Of a DNA stretch of 64,000 bases, positions 63,316 through 64,000 are shown piece by piece (positions within the stretch are counted from its first letter, which is position 1; each line of letters opens with the position of its first letter). A program made the translations under genes and the position numbers. The notes below the pieces were generated by a model. The model saw only the letters and a list, made by a program, of their open reading frames with translations, was not told where the DNA came from and searched no databases. Source of the DNA: Terrimicrobiaceae bacterium (GTDB taxonomy: Bacteria > Verrucomicrobiota > Verrucomicrobiia > Chthoniobacterales > Terrimicrobiaceae); contig JBGSVZ010000092.1 of assembly GCA_041752695.1 (NCBI GenBank), positions 64,001 to 128,000 of the forward strand. The letters are read 5' to 3'.

Positions 63316-64000
63316 ATGAAGACCGCCTGCCAACCTCGCTCCGACGCGATGCCAAATCTTTACGATCCCGCTCACGAACACGATTCGTGCGGGGTGGGAT
63401 TTGTGGCGCAGGTCAGCGGCCGGCGTTCAAATCGCATCTTGCGCATCGGTCTGCGCTCCATCTGCAATCTCATGCACCGCGGCGCCCTGGATGCCGATGC
63501 CAAGACTGGGGATGGCGCGGGCGTTATGACGCAGATTCCCTACAAACTCTTTGTGCCCGAAGTCACCCGGCTGGGACACACGCTGTATCAGGAGAGTGAC
63601 CTCGCGGTGGGCGTGATGTTTTTGCCCCACGACAACGCCTACTCCCAGGCGCGGGCCAAGGCGATCACCCAGGATGTGCTGGAAAAACGCGGGCTGTTTC
63701 TTTTCGGCTGGCGCGAGGTGCCGATCAATATCCGCGTGCTCGGGGAAAAGGCCCAGACGACGATGCCGCGCATCGAACAGGTCCTCATCGGCAAACCGTG
63801 GGGCATGGCGGACGATGACTATGAACGGCGTTTATTCCTCGCCCGCAATGAAATCGAGGACATTGCCGCGGCGGACAAGATCCACAATTTTTACATCCCG
63901 TCCTTCTCGCACCGGACGATCATTTACAAGGGCCTCCTCGTTTCGTCCTCGCTGGAGAAATTTTATCCCGACCTTTCGAACCCCGATTACGAGACGGCGA
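63316..64000 (+). CDS. gltB: Glutamate synthase large subunit (copy 2), runs off the window end
   Basis: Read manually: [32 protein letters not shown]...MHRGALDADAKTGDGAG...GWREVP...RTIIYKGL. Absent from the ORF track because there is no stop in the window. Confidence 0.92.
   Translation, partial: MKTACQPRSDAMPNLYDPAHEHDSCGVGFVAQVSGRRSNRILRIGLRSICNLMHRGALDADAKTGDGAGVMTQIPYKLFVPEVTRLGHTLYQESDLAVGVMFLPHDNAYSQARAKAITQDVLEKRGLFLFGWREVPINIRVLGEKAQTTMPRIEQVLIGKPWGMADDDYERRLFLARNEIEDIAAADKIHNFYIPSFSHRTIIYKGLLVSSSLEKFYPDLSNPDYETA

Overview
High-GC bacterial chromosome segment. Gene content and style (PEP-CTERM protein, mcsA-mcsB-clpC, dockerin-tailed exported protein, compact divergent gene pairs) suggest a Verrucomicrobiota, Chthoniobacterales-like genome; this is inference. 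About 55 CDSs, mostly housekeeping: thiE, rpoZ, smpB, lemA, trpE, opgG/opgH, topB, dprA, recF, tal, ilvE, mcsA-mcsB-clpC, gltBD, fumC and the 5' part of a second gltB. There is also an AraC-GH78-SDR-LarA sugar cluster. No rRNA, complete tRNA, CRISPR array, integrase or transposase was seen. Two small accessory islets occur at about 33985-35531 (membrane protein plus vapBC) and about 59490-63115. The second holds the best candidate for an undescribed system: a receptor-like protein with signal peptide, SH3-like domain, Pro/Thr stalk, one TM helix and a cytoplasmic Mrr-type nuclease, next to two orphan envelope genes and a PIN toxin with an unrecognised 57-aa partner. Other notable items are a dispersed (AACNNYS)5-AAGT repeat element at gene 3' ends, a beta-helix/pseudo-AAA/zinc-ribbon protein, an apparently circularly permuted discoidin-like module, a widespread leaderless-promoter pattern, and a sigma-54-type promoter in front of the second gltB. 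All family calls come from reading motifs by eye; no database searches were run.
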